Notes: generated by a model from the sequence alone, not told the origin. DNA of 59,299 bases from Firmicutes bacterium UBA3576 (GCA_002375895.1 DFND01000096.1:1-59299); one strand, 5' to 3'; numbered from the stretch's first letter, positions 8,501 through 18,487 are shown. Numbers and translations are program-made.

Positions 8501-9796
8501 TCAGTGAATGCTCTGGAGGCGGCAGGGACGCGGCGTCGGCGGTGAATCCTGTGCTTTGGCCGCGACATCGCCTCGTGCCCTGACCTCAGCCAGGAGATCC
8601 GCGGCGTTCTGCGCGTTGACCCTGACGACCTCCCTGGCCGGCGGGCCGCCCTCTCCCTCCTGTACGCATACGGAGAACCCGCACCGCCGGAGCTCCCGGC
8701 CGAGCGCCCAGGCCTCCTTCATTAGCCCCTCCTCCGGGATCACCAAGTAGTCGAGAAGGTGCGCTGGACGGTCCTCGCGAAGGGCCACGGCCGCCATTTC
8801 GTCGAGGTTCAGGGCGAAGCCGGTGGCCGGCCGGACAAGGTCGAAGCCGGCCAGCAGGCCGTTATAGCGACCACCACCACCTATGAGGAGCCCCGTCCCC
8901 GACGCGTAAATCTCGAACACCGGGCCGGTATAGTAATCGAGGTCGCGCACGAGGCCCAGGTCCACCGTCACCTTGTCAAGGCCCGAGTGCACCTCCACGA
9001 GCTCCACAACCGTCTCCAGGTCGCCGAGGGCTCTCTGGGATACCTCTCCCAATAGGCCGCAGAGTTCGGCCGGCAAGACGGGGCCCTCCCGCGGGGGCGG
9101 CCAGGCGTAGGAGCCTGTGAGAAGGGCCTCAAGCGCAGCCGCATGGTCGGGGGCGAGCCTCAGCCGGCCCGATTCCCGCAGGGACACCAGATGTCTCCGG
9201 ATGCCCGCCAGGTCCCGGGCCTGCAGCAGTTTCAGCAAGCAGCTACGGTCATCCGGCAGAAGCCCTGCGTCCTGTAGCAACGCCTCCAGCAGCCCCGCAT
9301 GGCCCAGGGCCAACCGGAAATCGTTAAGACCCACCGACGCGAGGCAGTCCAGGGCCATGCAAATTACCTCTGCGTCCCCGTGAGGTCCGGCCTGCCCGAT
9401 AAGTTCAGCTCCCATCTGGAAGGTCTCGTTATTGCGGGAATCGTTCCTGTCGTAATACCTGAAGATGCTTCCCGCGTAGAACAGCCGGAGCGGCATCGAC
9501 TCCAGGGCCAATTTAGTCGCAGCCAGGCGGGCCACCGGGCCCGTCATGTCGGGCCGCAGGGTAAGGACCTCGCCGCTCCGGTCCACGAACCGGTAGGTCC
9601 GCCTCGATCCACTACCTGCTGACACCACGCAGCAGTCGAATTCCAGGGTGGGGGTTACGACCTCACGGTATCCCCAGCGACGCATGACGTCCGCGATGGT
9701 TTCCTGCGCCCGCCTGCGCCAAGTAGCCTCCTCAGGCATGATGTCCCGGCAGCCCTCGGGAAGCCGGATCAACCGCCCGTTTGTACTGTCCTCCAC
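8501..9796 (-). CDS. hisZ: ATP phosphoribosyltransferase regulatory subunit
   Basis: HisRS-like: PEGCRD, TPTLE, LRPDMTGPVAR, QMGAELIG, DLDYYTG, GGGRY; first gene of a his operon with short HisG. Confidence 0.95.
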   Translation of the reverse strand: MEDSTNGRLIRLPEGCRDIMPEEATWRRRAQETIADVMRRWGYREVVTPTLEFDCCVVSAGSGSRRTYRFVDRSGEVLTLRPDMTGPVARLAATKLALESMPLRLFYAGSIFRYYDRNDSRNNETFQMGAELIGQAGPHGDAEVICMALDCLASVGLNDFRLALGHAGLLEALLQDAGLLPDDRSCLLKLLQARDLAGIRRHLVSLRESGRLRLAPDHAAALEALLTGSYAWPPPREGPVLPAELCGLLGEVSQRALGDLETVVELVEVHSGLDKVTVDLGLVRDLDYYTGPVFEIYASGTGLLIGGGGRYNGLLAGFDLVRPATGFALNLDEMAAVALREDRPAHLLDYLVIPEEGLMKEAWALGRELRRCGFSVCVQEGEGGPPAREVVRVNAQNAADLLAEVRARGDVAAKAQDSPPTPRPCRLQSIH

Positions 9797-9825
9797 AGCC
9801 CAAACCCTCCCGGCGTGAATTTTAA

Positions 9826-9845
9826 GATATTACCATGTTAAAGGG
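9826..9845 (-). promoter_or_regulatory. Candidate HisR (YerC) operator
   Basis: Minus strand CCCTTTAACATGGTAATATC partly matches the HisR palindrome as I recall it (YACTTTANYNNRNTAAAGTR) and lies just downstream of the predicted -10. Confidence 0.4.
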
Positions 9846-9861
9846 ATAAAATATCATGTAT

Positions 9862-9891
9862 ATGGTACACCCCTCCCCTGGAAGAAGTCAA
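9862..9891 (-). promoter_or_regulatory. Sigma-A-type promoter of the his operon
   Basis: Minus strand TTGACT-N18-TACCAT, about 65 nt upstream of hisZ. Confidence 0.55.
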
Positions 9892-10089
9892 GCACTTTTC
9901 CTCAAACTCCCTCCAGTGTTTTGGGGAAATTCAGTCATAGGACTGCCTACAGAACTCCTTCAGTGGGGATCTGGATGCTCTTTGTCCAATTGGAGGAGAT
10001 GACCGCAATCCTTGAGAGGCTTAGCCAAACTTCAACAACAGTGACTGCATCTGTACAAGAATGTCCTCTTTCTTAAAAATGCAGAATCG

Positions 10090-10971
10090 TCACTTTTTGT
10101 CTTTGGCAGCTCGTTGCCCAATACGAGAAGCGTTTATCCGTCGCCATATACCGTACTCCTCTAACGATAGATTGAGTTTCTGGGTCACTACGCTCCCTGG
10201 GGCAAAGCAGACACCACTATACTCCACGTGCTGGCCAGCATAGCGATGGCGCGGGTTATATGACTGCCACTCCCGCCCGATGAGCGGTTCCACTTCACCC
10301 TTCGCGGGCAGGTTCCTGGCCACAGCGTGGGCCAGCAAATGTTCTCCGCACGGCACACAGATATATACCTGCTTGCCACTGCAGTCGAACTTCACTTTCC
10401 CGTCAAACAACTGGTCACCTTTAACTTCCCGAGTTTCGATCAATCTCACGTCGCCCCAGCCGTAACTGCGCTCTCCGCCAAACTGCACCCTCGTGAGCGC
10501 CTCCTGCCAGGCTAGTTCACTGCCGTCGCGCTCAAATATGTAGCCGACCAGAAAAACCGGCTCACCTGTATCCATGGTATAGGGCGATATGAACTCGACT
10601 TCGCGAAGCATCCCTATGGCCGCAGAGTGACTGAAACCAGATAGGGCTATCCCTTGGTAGCTGCCGAGAAAACGGAACAGATTCTCTTTCTTCCACGGCC
10701 AGGCAATGTCATAACCGCCCTTTCCCTGCGTACATGGGTATAAGTAAGTAAAGGCCAAACTCTGGTGAACCTGTTTACCAATGGCTTTGTACCTACGGGA
10801 ATCAGTGGCCGGAGCACCCTGCACCGCATCCCGGGTTAGACGCATGGTCAATGCACCCCATACTGCGCGGCCGGTCACGTAAGGACGAGTAGTCTGGAGA
10901 TTCCCCACCTTGCCCCAACCTATATGCATAGGAGAACGCAGGCGAAATATAACCCGGTAAATACGCCACAT
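10090..10971 (-). CDS. cmr3: Type III-C Cas5-family RAMP (Cmr3-like)
   Basis: RAMP N-terminus LRSPMHIG, G-rich loop GGERSYGWG, last position in the cmr operon. Confidence 0.75.
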   Translation of the reverse strand: MWRIYRVIFRLRSPMHIGWGKVGNLQTTRPYVTGRAVWGALTMRLTRDAVQGAPATDSRRYKAIGKQVHQSLAFTYLYPCTQGKGGYDIAWPWKKENLFRFLGSYQGIALSGFSHSAAIGMLREVEFISPYTMDTGEPVFLVGYIFERDGSELAWQEALTRVQFGGERSYGWGDVRLIETREVKGDQLFDGKVKFDCSGKQVYICVPCGEHLLAHAVARNLPAKGEVEPLIGREWQSYNPRHRYAGQHVEYSGVCFAPGSVVTQKLNLSLEEYGIWRRINASRIGQRAAKDKK

Positions 10972-10977
10972 AAAATC

Positions 10978-11436
10978 TTACCTCCTAAACGCCTTAGCCC
11001 CGTAACGGGCATAAATCAGCATCTGTGCCAGCGTCTCTTTCGCCAATAGTAGACGGTCGAGCCTGACCGTGACCTTTTCGGTGATGTGCTTCAAGACCAC
11101 GTCGGTATTTGTATCCACATTGCCATGTTCGTCCGTCGGTTTGCCCCAGCCAAAACCTAGCCTATCCAGCAATTTGAGCATCTCCTCCACGACCACCTCG
11201 CCGTTTTCCTTTTCCTTCGCCATAAGATAGAGAAAACAGGCGTAAACGCCGTTTTCCTGTAGAACGCCCAGTGCTTTGGTCACGGTGTTATCCGCACTGC
11301 TAGCAGCCTTCTTCTTTTCTTCGTTATCTTCTCTTTTCTTGCCGTCCTTGTCTTCCATAACCAGACGGCAAATGATATTCTGTGCGTGTTCAGCAGCCAA
11401 CCGGTCCAGATTAAGTTGTGCCACGCTGTTCTTCAC
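10978..11436 (-). CDS. cmr5: Type III small subunit Cmr5 (Cas11)
   Basis: 152-aa helical protein, NLDRLAA and KALGVLQENGVYACFLYL, between cmr4 and cmr3. Confidence 0.85.
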   Translation of the reverse strand: MKNSVAQLNLDRLAAEHAQNIICRLVMEDKDGKKREDNEEKKKAASSADNTVTKALGVLQENGVYACFLYLMAKEKENGEVVVEEMLKLLDRLGFGWGKPTDEHGNVDTNTDVVLKHITEKVTVRLDRLLLAKETLAQMLIYARYGAKAFRR

Positions 11437-11441
11437 TAGCG

Positions 11442-12419
11442 CTAAACCTCCTCACCATGAGCCCAGGGGGCACCGACAAGAGCCATGCGACCGAATCCGC
11501 GAGTGCCCATGCCGCCGACGCCCAGCCACTTGATCATGTTTAGGCCGGCACCTAGCACATCCAATGGTCCTTTCCAAGGTGCAGGTAGAGGATTTCCTTC
11601 GGCAGTATGGTTTTTCGGAAATACCGTCGCCTTCTCTCCGTGCCGATAATCGTCGAACACCACTTCGACGGTCAAGAAGGTTGTACGGGGCAGCGCTTCA
11701 TACGTGAAGAGGGCGCCTTCTTCAGCTGCACCCCGTTCCGGGTCTATGGCCACCGACGTACGCACCTCCAGATTGCTGTTAACCACCTGACTGAAAAGCG
11801 CGGGCTGCAGCAAAGCGATACGGTTTTGCACCTCGCGCCAGCACTCTTCATCTTTCCACGCGTCCGGAGCAGTGACCACCACCTGACCAGCGCTTTCAAC
11901 CATCAGCCAGCCCAGGTTCAGGGCGTCTTTCCGCTCCCAGGTCAGCAGGGCGGCCCCAATATCCCACTCTGAAGGCAAGTCGGTTACGCTGAAACCCGCC
12001 TCTCGCAGTCTATCGACCGTACTCACCCATACTGGCCCATGTATGGAATACACAGGGAACAGCAGCAAGTGGGCATCAAAGACGTTGACCACCCCTGAAT
12101 AGCCCACGGTGTTGTCTTTCCGACCCGCTTCACCCCTGAGGTAGCCGAAGGTATAGCAGATCGGACAATTGTCTTGGCCACAGTGTCCGTCTCGCCCCTC
12201 TCGGTTAGCTCCCTGTCCCGCACACGTAGGGCTTTCATATATTCTGGCAGCGTAGGAGCGGGCCGCACCATGCAGGCTGGTACCGGGGATCTTGGGTATA
12301 CGGGTGCCGGGCTCCCGGACAATGCTCAAATCCACTCGCCCCAGGCGGTAGCCCCCGGTACCGATGTGAACAGGGTCGGTCGTCATCAATAGATAACGTC
12401 GCCTCTCGTAAATCGCCAT
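11442..12419 (-). CDS. cmr4: Type III backbone RAMP Cmr4 (Cas7)
   Basis: DPVHIGTG...VDLSIVRE (Asp at the Cmr4 catalytic position), IPGTSLHG, ALFTYEALP, GVGGMGTRGFG. Confidence 0.92.
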   Translation of the reverse strand: MAIYERRRYLLMTTDPVHIGTGGYRLGRVDLSIVREPGTRIPKIPGTSLHGAARSYAARIYESPTCAGQGANREGRDGHCGQDNCPICYTFGYLRGEAGRKDNTVGYSGVVNVFDAHLLLFPVYSIHGPVWVSTVDRLREAGFSVTDLPSEWDIGAALLTWERKDALNLGWLMVESAGQVVVTAPDAWKDEECWREVQNRIALLQPALFSQVVNSNLEVRTSVAIDPERGAAEEGALFTYEALPRTTFLTVEVVFDDYRHGEKATVFPKNHTAEGNPLPAPWKGPLDVLGAGLNMIKWLGVGGMGTRGFGRMALVGAPWAHGEEV

Positions 12420-12433
12420 GGCCATTTACCTCC

Positions 12434-15271
12434 TTACTCCTTCAAGATCTCCATGTATAACTCAGCCAGGTCGGCCAGTTCGCCGCGAACGCCAGCCTCA
12501 ACAAGTCCCTGCAAATCTGGTTGGCTTGAGGCCCGCCATTCCGCTCCAGCCAGGGTATCGGCCACAAATTGCCGGAATACCGGGTCGTACCGGGACCGGC
12601 CATCAACGTCTTGGCCGTACCATCTTTCACGGGTGGCCTCGATAATGCTGATAACCTGGTGACGCTGGGATACGGTTAGCTGCTTAAACAGACTCCAAAG
12701 GCTATCCAGACGGTCTAGATCCTCTAGGTAGAAGGGACGGGTTCGACGTGGACAGCGGCCATTCGACCCATAGTAGACTTCAAAGCGTCGGCCGGTGGTA
12801 TCCAGGAACTCAAAATCAAATCGACTGGGCTTGACCCAGACTTTCAAATCTACCTGGAGGTCCTTTACGTATTCGGCCTTCTTAGTCTTACATGTGTTAC
12901 CTTCATACATCCTCGGATACCATTCGTCCTCTCGTTCACCGTCGCCGGTTACCACTGGTATGCGCCACGTAATGCCGTTATCAAAGACGAGCTCGCATTC
13001 ACTCCCGTTGTTGTAGTTCTTCTGTACTAACCGCCAATCGTCCCATTTGCATCGGCCGCCCATGTTCAGCATATTCCGCCCGGCTTGTAGTACGGCGCGG
13101 AGCGGCGTGCGGCGATGGCAGAAAACGAGACCCAGGTAGAGGGGCAGCCGGTCACGGACCCGCCCCATCTCTCTTTCGTACTTGCGCTTTACTGCTTGGG
13201 CCAGCTCCAGGGCCTTAGCAGCTGGTACCAACGTCATACATACGCTCGGTTCAGCCAGAAGGGGGATGGCCGGAATATACCCGTCGAGTCTATTCACACG
13301 TTCAAACTTAACTCTCGCTATGACCTGACTTGGCCTCAGGAATTCGGAAGGTTCCAGAATATCGATGGTGCGCCCCTGAAGCTCGTCAACGAGATCATCT
13401 TCGGATACCTGCCAGCGCCTAGCAAAGTAAGTTAGATTCTCTACGGTGAGGAAACGGCCCTTGGACGCATCCCAGACAACGTCTAGAGTAAGGCCGTCTA
13501 TCTTCAGCTCGTAGGCGTGATACTTGCCCAGCTCCAGCGAACTGTCAGGTGCGGGGTAAAGAGCCAGGCGGAACGGCCGCTGGCCAACAACCTCACGCGT
13601 CAAGTCACCGATAACCTGTTGCCAGAAAGAGCGGCCTGTTTCGACAATGCGGTACAGCCTGGCCGGCGAGGGAGCCTTAGTACGCTCGCGGGTTACCCGA
13701 ATGGTAGATACCAGAGAGCCATCCAACCATCCCTCCAAACCCAGTCTACCGACTAATAAAGCCAGCCGACCTTTGTCGTCGGCCACCTCCTCGGTCCATA
13801 TAGTGCCCCGCAAACCCTTCTTCGCCCAATCTTCAGCGCGGCGCCCGCGCCGGTCAAGGCAGACGCGGCAAATGTGACGCCGTTCGGCCTTGTCCTGCCC
13901 AGCCCAGGGGCCCAGTTCCCGCTCCATCTCGGGACTTGTCCCCAGGCGGGGGTAACCGACCGGGTAGACCCCACAGGCACTGCAGCTTTCGGCGTTCTCT
14001 GGACGTGCCTCGCCCCATTCCTTGTCGAAAAGGTAGATGTTGTTATCAGCCCACACTGCAGGTTCCTGCATTGACTGCTTACGTGGTTCAGCCACCAGTT
14101 TCTCCACAGGTGGCGCCTCATCATCAAGCTGTCCCGCCGTAATCGGTTCGCCTACGTTGACCCTCGGCCGTAAATCGGGCGGAAACTGGGCCTGGATCGC
14201 CCGGCGCAGCGCAGCTACTTCTTCCTTGCTATATTCGAGGTCAGGGAAAAGATAGTATTCTCCTGTCTCATCATGGTAAAAGCAGTTGGCCAGGGCATAC
14301 GTCTCCTCCAAAAGGGTTCGGACTTTCTGGAAGGCATCGTCAAGTGCTCGGCGGACTCCCAGCAGATCGGCCACCCTGTGACAGCGCGCGTAGCGGTCGA
14401 GTCTGTCGAAATTGATACGCAGGACGCGGAAACGAATATTTTTAAGACTTTTTGGCCAGCCATGCTTGAAAATCCAGACCGTGGCAGCCTTCACCAGGGT
14501 AGCTGTAATAAAGCTCCAGTCCCACAGCGTAACGTCGTTATACGGTCGGCGGTTATCGGCCAGGCCGCGGCTCATGTCCTTTTTCATCGCTCGCAGCCAT
14601 TGGCGGCGCTGGTCTGAAGTGATGTGTTCAATGTCATTCAGGGGTAAGCTATTAAGTGCATTCGTCAGCTCCCCCATGTCCCCCGTTTCAATTCGTTCCT
14701 CTCGGCCAAAGGGGGTAGCACGAAAGACGTTGCTGTAAGGCTGCTTATGCTTGCTGAGCTCATCTTTTTCATCTTTGTCTTCCCCAACCTTCTTTTCAAT
14801 ATGAGCCACACCGTGGAAATAGCCAACCAGCAAGCCCGGCATCATTCCCTTGCCGAGAACTTCTTGCCACTCTGATGGCGGTTGGTTTTCCGCCAGCCAG
14901 GGTCTGGCAACCAGAGGCATTAACTCGGCGAAATTATATGTCGTACCGCTCCAATCGTTTAGTTGGATCCTCAAGAAAAGAGATGTCAGGTCGGGGCGCT
15001 CTTGAAATGCGGCCGGTTTGTTTCGCGCATCTTTCAGCCACTTCTTAACCGCTTTCCTGACTGTCCCAGATATTGCCGCATGGTTCTTGTAGATATCAAT
15101 CTTACGTGGGTCAACCAAGAGATTATGTACGTATTTTATAGTTGGATCTGGATCCTGACTCTGTAAGAACCGGTCACTCAGTTTGCCCAAGTCATGTATT
15201 ATCGCCAGCGCTTCCAAGAGTAGGATAGTGCGCCGTTGCTCCTTGCTTGGTCGCCAGAAAGAACCGCTCAT
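12434..15271 (-). CDS. cas10: Type III-C large subunit Cas10 (Csx11 family): HD motif, Zn finger, Palm lacking GGDD
   Basis: AIIHDLGK, ADNRRPYNDVTLWD, CSAC...CRVC. AEPSVCMTLVP occupies the usual GGDD position. Operon order cmr1-cmr6-cas10-cmr4-cmr5-cmr3 is that of subtype III-C. Confidence 0.9.
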   Translation of the reverse strand: MSGSFWRPSKEQRRTILLLEALAIIHDLGKLSDRFLQSQDPDPTIKYVHNLLVDPRKIDIYKNHAAISGTVRKAVKKWLKDARNKPAAFQERPDLTSLFLRIQLNDWSGTTYNFAELMPLVARPWLAENQPPSEWQEVLGKGMMPGLLVGYFHGVAHIEKKVGEDKDEKDELSKHKQPYSNVFRATPFGREERIETGDMGELTNALNSLPLNDIEHITSDQRRQWLRAMKKDMSRGLADNRRPYNDVTLWDWSFITATLVKAATVWIFKHGWPKSLKNIRFRVLRINFDRLDRYARCHRVADLLGVRRALDDAFQKVRTLLEETYALANCFYHDETGEYYLFPDLEYSKEEVAALRRAIQAQFPPDLRPRVNVGEPITAGQLDDEAPPVEKLVAEPRKQSMQEPAVWADNNIYLFDKEWGEARPENAESCSACGVYPVGYPRLGTSPEMERELGPWAGQDKAERRHICRVCLDRRGRRAEDWAKKGLRGTIWTEEVADDKGRLALLVGRLGLEGWLDGSLVSTIRVTRERTKAPSPARLYRIVETGRSFWQQVIGDLTREVVGQRPFRLALYPAPDSSLELGKYHAYELKIDGLTLDVVWDASKGRFLTVENLTYFARRWQVSEDDLVDELQGRTIDILEPSEFLRPSQVIARVKFERVNRLDGYIPAIPLLAEPSVCMTLVPAAKALELAQAVKRKYEREMGRVRDRLPLYLGLVFCHRRTPLRAVLQAGRNMLNMGGRCKWDDWRLVQKNYNNGSECELVFDNGITWRIPVVTGDGEREDEWYPRMYEGNTCKTKKAEYVKDLQVDLKVWVKPSRFDFEFLDTTGRRFEVYYGSNGRCPRRTRPFYLEDLDRLDSLWSLFKQLTVSQRHQVISIIEATRERWYGQDVDGRSRYDPVFRQFVADTLAGAEWRASSQPDLQGLVEAGVRGELADLAELYMEILKE

Positions 15272-16617
15272 GCTTCACCTCCATTCCTCAACTGGTCTGC
15301 CACGCGCTGCGCCAGTTCTCGCATCTCACTTAAGGTTGTGAATTTCAGCTCTGATATCGGTGGCGTCTCTATAGGAGACGGCGTAGTACCCGACTCCTTC
15401 GGGCCGGCTTCCCACAATTGCCGTCCCTCCCGTTCCCACCAACGTTGCGCCTTTTCGTAGAGCTGTCTGTATTTCTTGCTATATCTCTGCTTCCGCGCCT
15501 CAACTAAGGCCCGATATTCCGTTTCGGACTTGAGGGACCCATCCGGTCGGCGCAAGTCAGCGCGTAGCCGGTCTGGCGTCTCCAGATATCGGGGCAAATC
15601 GTTCGCGCGTTGCGGAGGTTCTGAAACGGCAACAGTCTTACCCTTATCCTCATGTAGTTCTGCCCTCAACACTAATACTCCCTGCCCGTCTAACTGATCA
15701 TCAGCAGTGCCAAACCCGCTGCTAGTCTTGGCCCCAAAACCATAGGTGGTAAGCATGGCCCGGACGCCCTCAGCCAATACCTCCAGGTCCTGGGCCACTT
15801 CAAGGCGCTGCTCCTGTTCACCTTGACCCGCCGACCCAAAGGGGACGTAGAGAAGTATGAGCGTACCGGTGGTGTTCTGAGGTACGCACTCCATCAGAAT
15901 CGGCCCTCTTTCCCCCACGCCGCTTTCACGACTGTGTGGGTTAATAACCTCAATCCCGATTCGATCAAAAAAGGTGGGATAAAAGTGCAACCGGCCGGCC
16001 CGACCTTCCTCGCTTTCGCGCGGATTCCCCAGCAGGCGAATGATCACGGGGTGGTCTTCTTTGTAACCTAACTGCCAAAAGGCCGCCCGCAGAGCCCCCT
16101 TCCAACCTGATGCCGCAACCATAGGCACGTTGAAGATCTTCTCCTTGCGAAGAGGGTTATCGAGAAGGTAAAAGTCACAATCATCTTTGCTTATGTACGG
16201 CTTTTCAAGTCTGAAGGGAATCTTAAGGGCAAAAGCAAGCGGTGGCATGTAAGTGAACGCCTGGTCTTTGACATGAGGAACAAATCCAAAAGCATCTGGA
16301 ATCCTCCCTATGCTATCAGGTAACCGCCTGCACCAGAAATCGCGGATTCTATTTGCAGCATCAGAAGCACGTCGCGACAGCGGCTTATTACCTGCCCGTT
16401 TGGCTTGCTCTCTCAAAGCCCAAAACCACAGGTAGGCTAGGTGTGGCTGAAGGTGCACTGCTTTTCCTGCTGCCTTTTTCAACTCGGTTTCAGCTCGTCT
16501 TTTTTTGCGTTCGTCTCGTGCTCTTCCTGCTCTTTCCAAGTCATCAAGAGCTTGCTCGAGATCACTCAAAGTGCTATCTAATCTTAACTGCTGTAAAGCA
16601 TGATAATCACGTTCCAT
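15268..16617 (-). CDS. cmr6: Type III RAMP Cmr6
   Basis: KPYISKDD, VPMVAASGWKGALR, EVINPHSR, GFGAKTSSGFG. Start taken at ATG 16617. Confidence 0.85.
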   Translation of the reverse strand: MERDYHALQQLRLDSTLSDLEQALDDLERAGRARDERKKRRAETELKKAAGKAVHLQPHLAYLWFWALREQAKRAGNKPLSRRASDAANRIRDFWCRRLPDSIGRIPDAFGFVPHVKDQAFTYMPPLAFALKIPFRLEKPYISKDDCDFYLLDNPLRKEKIFNVPMVAASGWKGALRAAFWQLGYKEDHPVIIRLLGNPRESEEGRAGRLHFYPTFFDRIGIEVINPHSRESGVGERGPILMECVPQNTTGTLILLYVPFGSAGQGEQEQRLEVAQDLEVLAEGVRAMLTTYGFGAKTSSGFGTADDQLDGQGVLVLRAELHEDKGKTVAVSEPPQRANDLPRYLETPDRLRADLRRPDGSLKSETEYRALVEARKQRYSKKYRQLYEKAQRWWEREGRQLWEAGPKESGTTPSPIETPPISELKFTTLSEMRELAQRVADQLRNGGEA

Positions 16618-17668
16618 AACGTTTCTCCTCCAACCGCAAGAGACTGCGAAGAAATTCACGGAAATCGCCATTATTAGGCGTCTCAGTATCTCTGGGTGAA
16701 TTCATCTCGCGCCAAACCTCCAGGGAATATCTCGTCCTCAGATGCTCATGAATCGCACCTACGACTGAATCTCGGTCCCAGAAACCTTGATAAACTTCCG
16801 CCTGTTCTGGGATCCAGCCCCACACGCGCATCAGCCGATTGCCATAGGGGCGTGACATTTTGACTTTAGCGGCCATCCGCTGACCTTTAGTCGTGCCCAT
16901 GATAAAATGCCGCAAAGACGTGTTTTGCTGTCCGGAAAAGAGCTGGCGAAGATCGTACTTGAGGTTGAAGGTCTCCTGCATCTTCACGTTTTCGAGTCGG
17001 ATGCGGGCCAGGAAAATGTTGCGCAACGAGGGCATCCTGGTATAAGTACGAGTTCCGGCGTTAGCAGTCAGCCAGTCGTAAAGGGGTGCGGTGTCGAGAC
17101 GGCCGCCTGGCAGCTCAAAAACACCAAATCCCATCTGCGCCCGCGCACCTATGGTCACCCAATCGGCCATGAACTGGAGTAAACCACCAATGATTGCTGG
17201 TTGGAACTCTAGCTTAGCACCTGTTTCCAACCCTTTGGGCGTTGTGGATTGAATTCGAATGGTCAAACTTCCAGAGCGAGGCTTGTCTTTCAGATTCTCA
17301 GGGAAATACCATGTTGGCGTGCGCTTGCGCCCCCTGCGGTCAACATACGAGCGGTCGGCCTTCACCAGTGGCTTAACAGTGGGGTCGGGCTCGGTACGAT
17401 CGCAAATGATACTGATGCGGAAACGCCTACGCCAGCCGGTAGCTCCAAAAACCTTACAAACGTCGCAAAGCCCGTGGTTGCGCTTGCTAGGGTCATACAA
17501 GCACTTCTGCATTGTCGGATCACATACTTTGCCCCCTAGCCCACGCAGAATAGCTTCGTACCACCAGCGCAGGCTGCCGATAATCGCCGTCTCATGAACC
17601 CGATCGACCGCGCCGCTCTCTGCACCGCCCGTCCAAAGAGGAGTCAAGGTTCTAATTTCAACTTCCAT
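16607..17668 (-). CDS. cmr1: Type III RAMP Cmr1
   Basis: RTLTPLWTGG, IIGSLRWWYEAILRG, FGATGWRRRF, GARAQMGFG. ATG 17668 has optimal SD spacing. Confidence 0.88.
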   Translation of the reverse strand: MEVEIRTLTPLWTGGAESGAVDRVHETAIIGSLRWWYEAILRGLGGKVCDPTMQKCLYDPSKRNHGLCDVCKVFGATGWRRRFRISIICDRTEPDPTVKPLVKADRSYVDRRGRKRTPTWYFPENLKDKPRSGSLTIRIQSTTPKGLETGAKLEFQPAIIGGLLQFMADWVTIGARAQMGFGVFELPGGRLDTAPLYDWLTANAGTRTYTRMPSLRNIFLARIRLENVKMQETFNLKYDLRQLFSGQQNTSLRHFIMGTTKGQRMAAKVKMSRPYGNRLMRVWGWIPEQAEVYQGFWDRDSVVGAIHEHLRTRYSLEVWREMNSPRDTETPNNGDFREFLRSLLRLEEKRYGT

Positions 17669-17761
17669 GCTCATGGCCTCCACTTAACGTTAAACATCTT
17701 CCCTTCTGGTGCAAGCCCTCAGGTCTTTACCATGTCTTGGCTAATTTAGGTCTTGTAACCA

Positions 17762-17786
17762 ATTCGTCAGAAGCTGTAAAATTCCT
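17762..17786 (-). promoter_or_regulatory. Possible sigma-H-type promoter of the cmr operon
   Basis: Minus strand AGGA-N17-GAAT (gcAGGAattttacagcttctgacGAATt), about 95 nt upstream of cmr1. Confidence 0.4.
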
Positions 17787-18487
17787 GCAAGAAGAGGAAA
17801 GAGCCGACAAATAGCCGCTAGCTCTCTGAAAGACCTATCTATGGGCCGTGTACTGCATCGGTAGTACTAGCACGTCAATCAACAGCTTGCAGAAGGTATG
17901 GCGCCGGCTGCACAAGTTTAGAATGTTTCTTGAGCCGTTATATTCAACACCATTTCGGCCAACGAGGAGATAGCAAAGCAATGGTGCCGGTTGCATGAGG
18001 GCTACCGCACCCTTCGTTCTTCGGCCCTTGGAGCTTCTTGACTTCCTCTCTGAACCCTATTGATCACGGGGGTTATAGGGCTGGATGGTAGCCGATCTTT
18101 GACAACAGTCGTCACATCCAGCCCAAATACTGTGGGACCAAGATCATCTAAACAGCTGAAGCGGTCACAGGTCGGGCGTGTAGCAACCGAAGCCTGGACG
18201 CAGACGGAGAAGGGAAACAAGAAACAAGAAGCCCGCATCAAAAACTCGGGCGGAGCTACCCTCCCTGCACCTTATGCTCTTGGCAGTCTTGGGCAGCGAG
18301 CACTTCGCTTTGGCCTCTACAGGCCTCATCAAACTGCCACTAGTCTCGCCTTCGTTCCTGGCCCTCATCCTGGACGTTTGCCGCTGGCTTCTTTCGATCG
18401 ATCCCGAATCGCTGCGGACGACGGTTTCTGCTACTTTCGCCGTTCGGGACCTTTACCCCAGGAGACAGCGTCTACGCAGGCACACAT

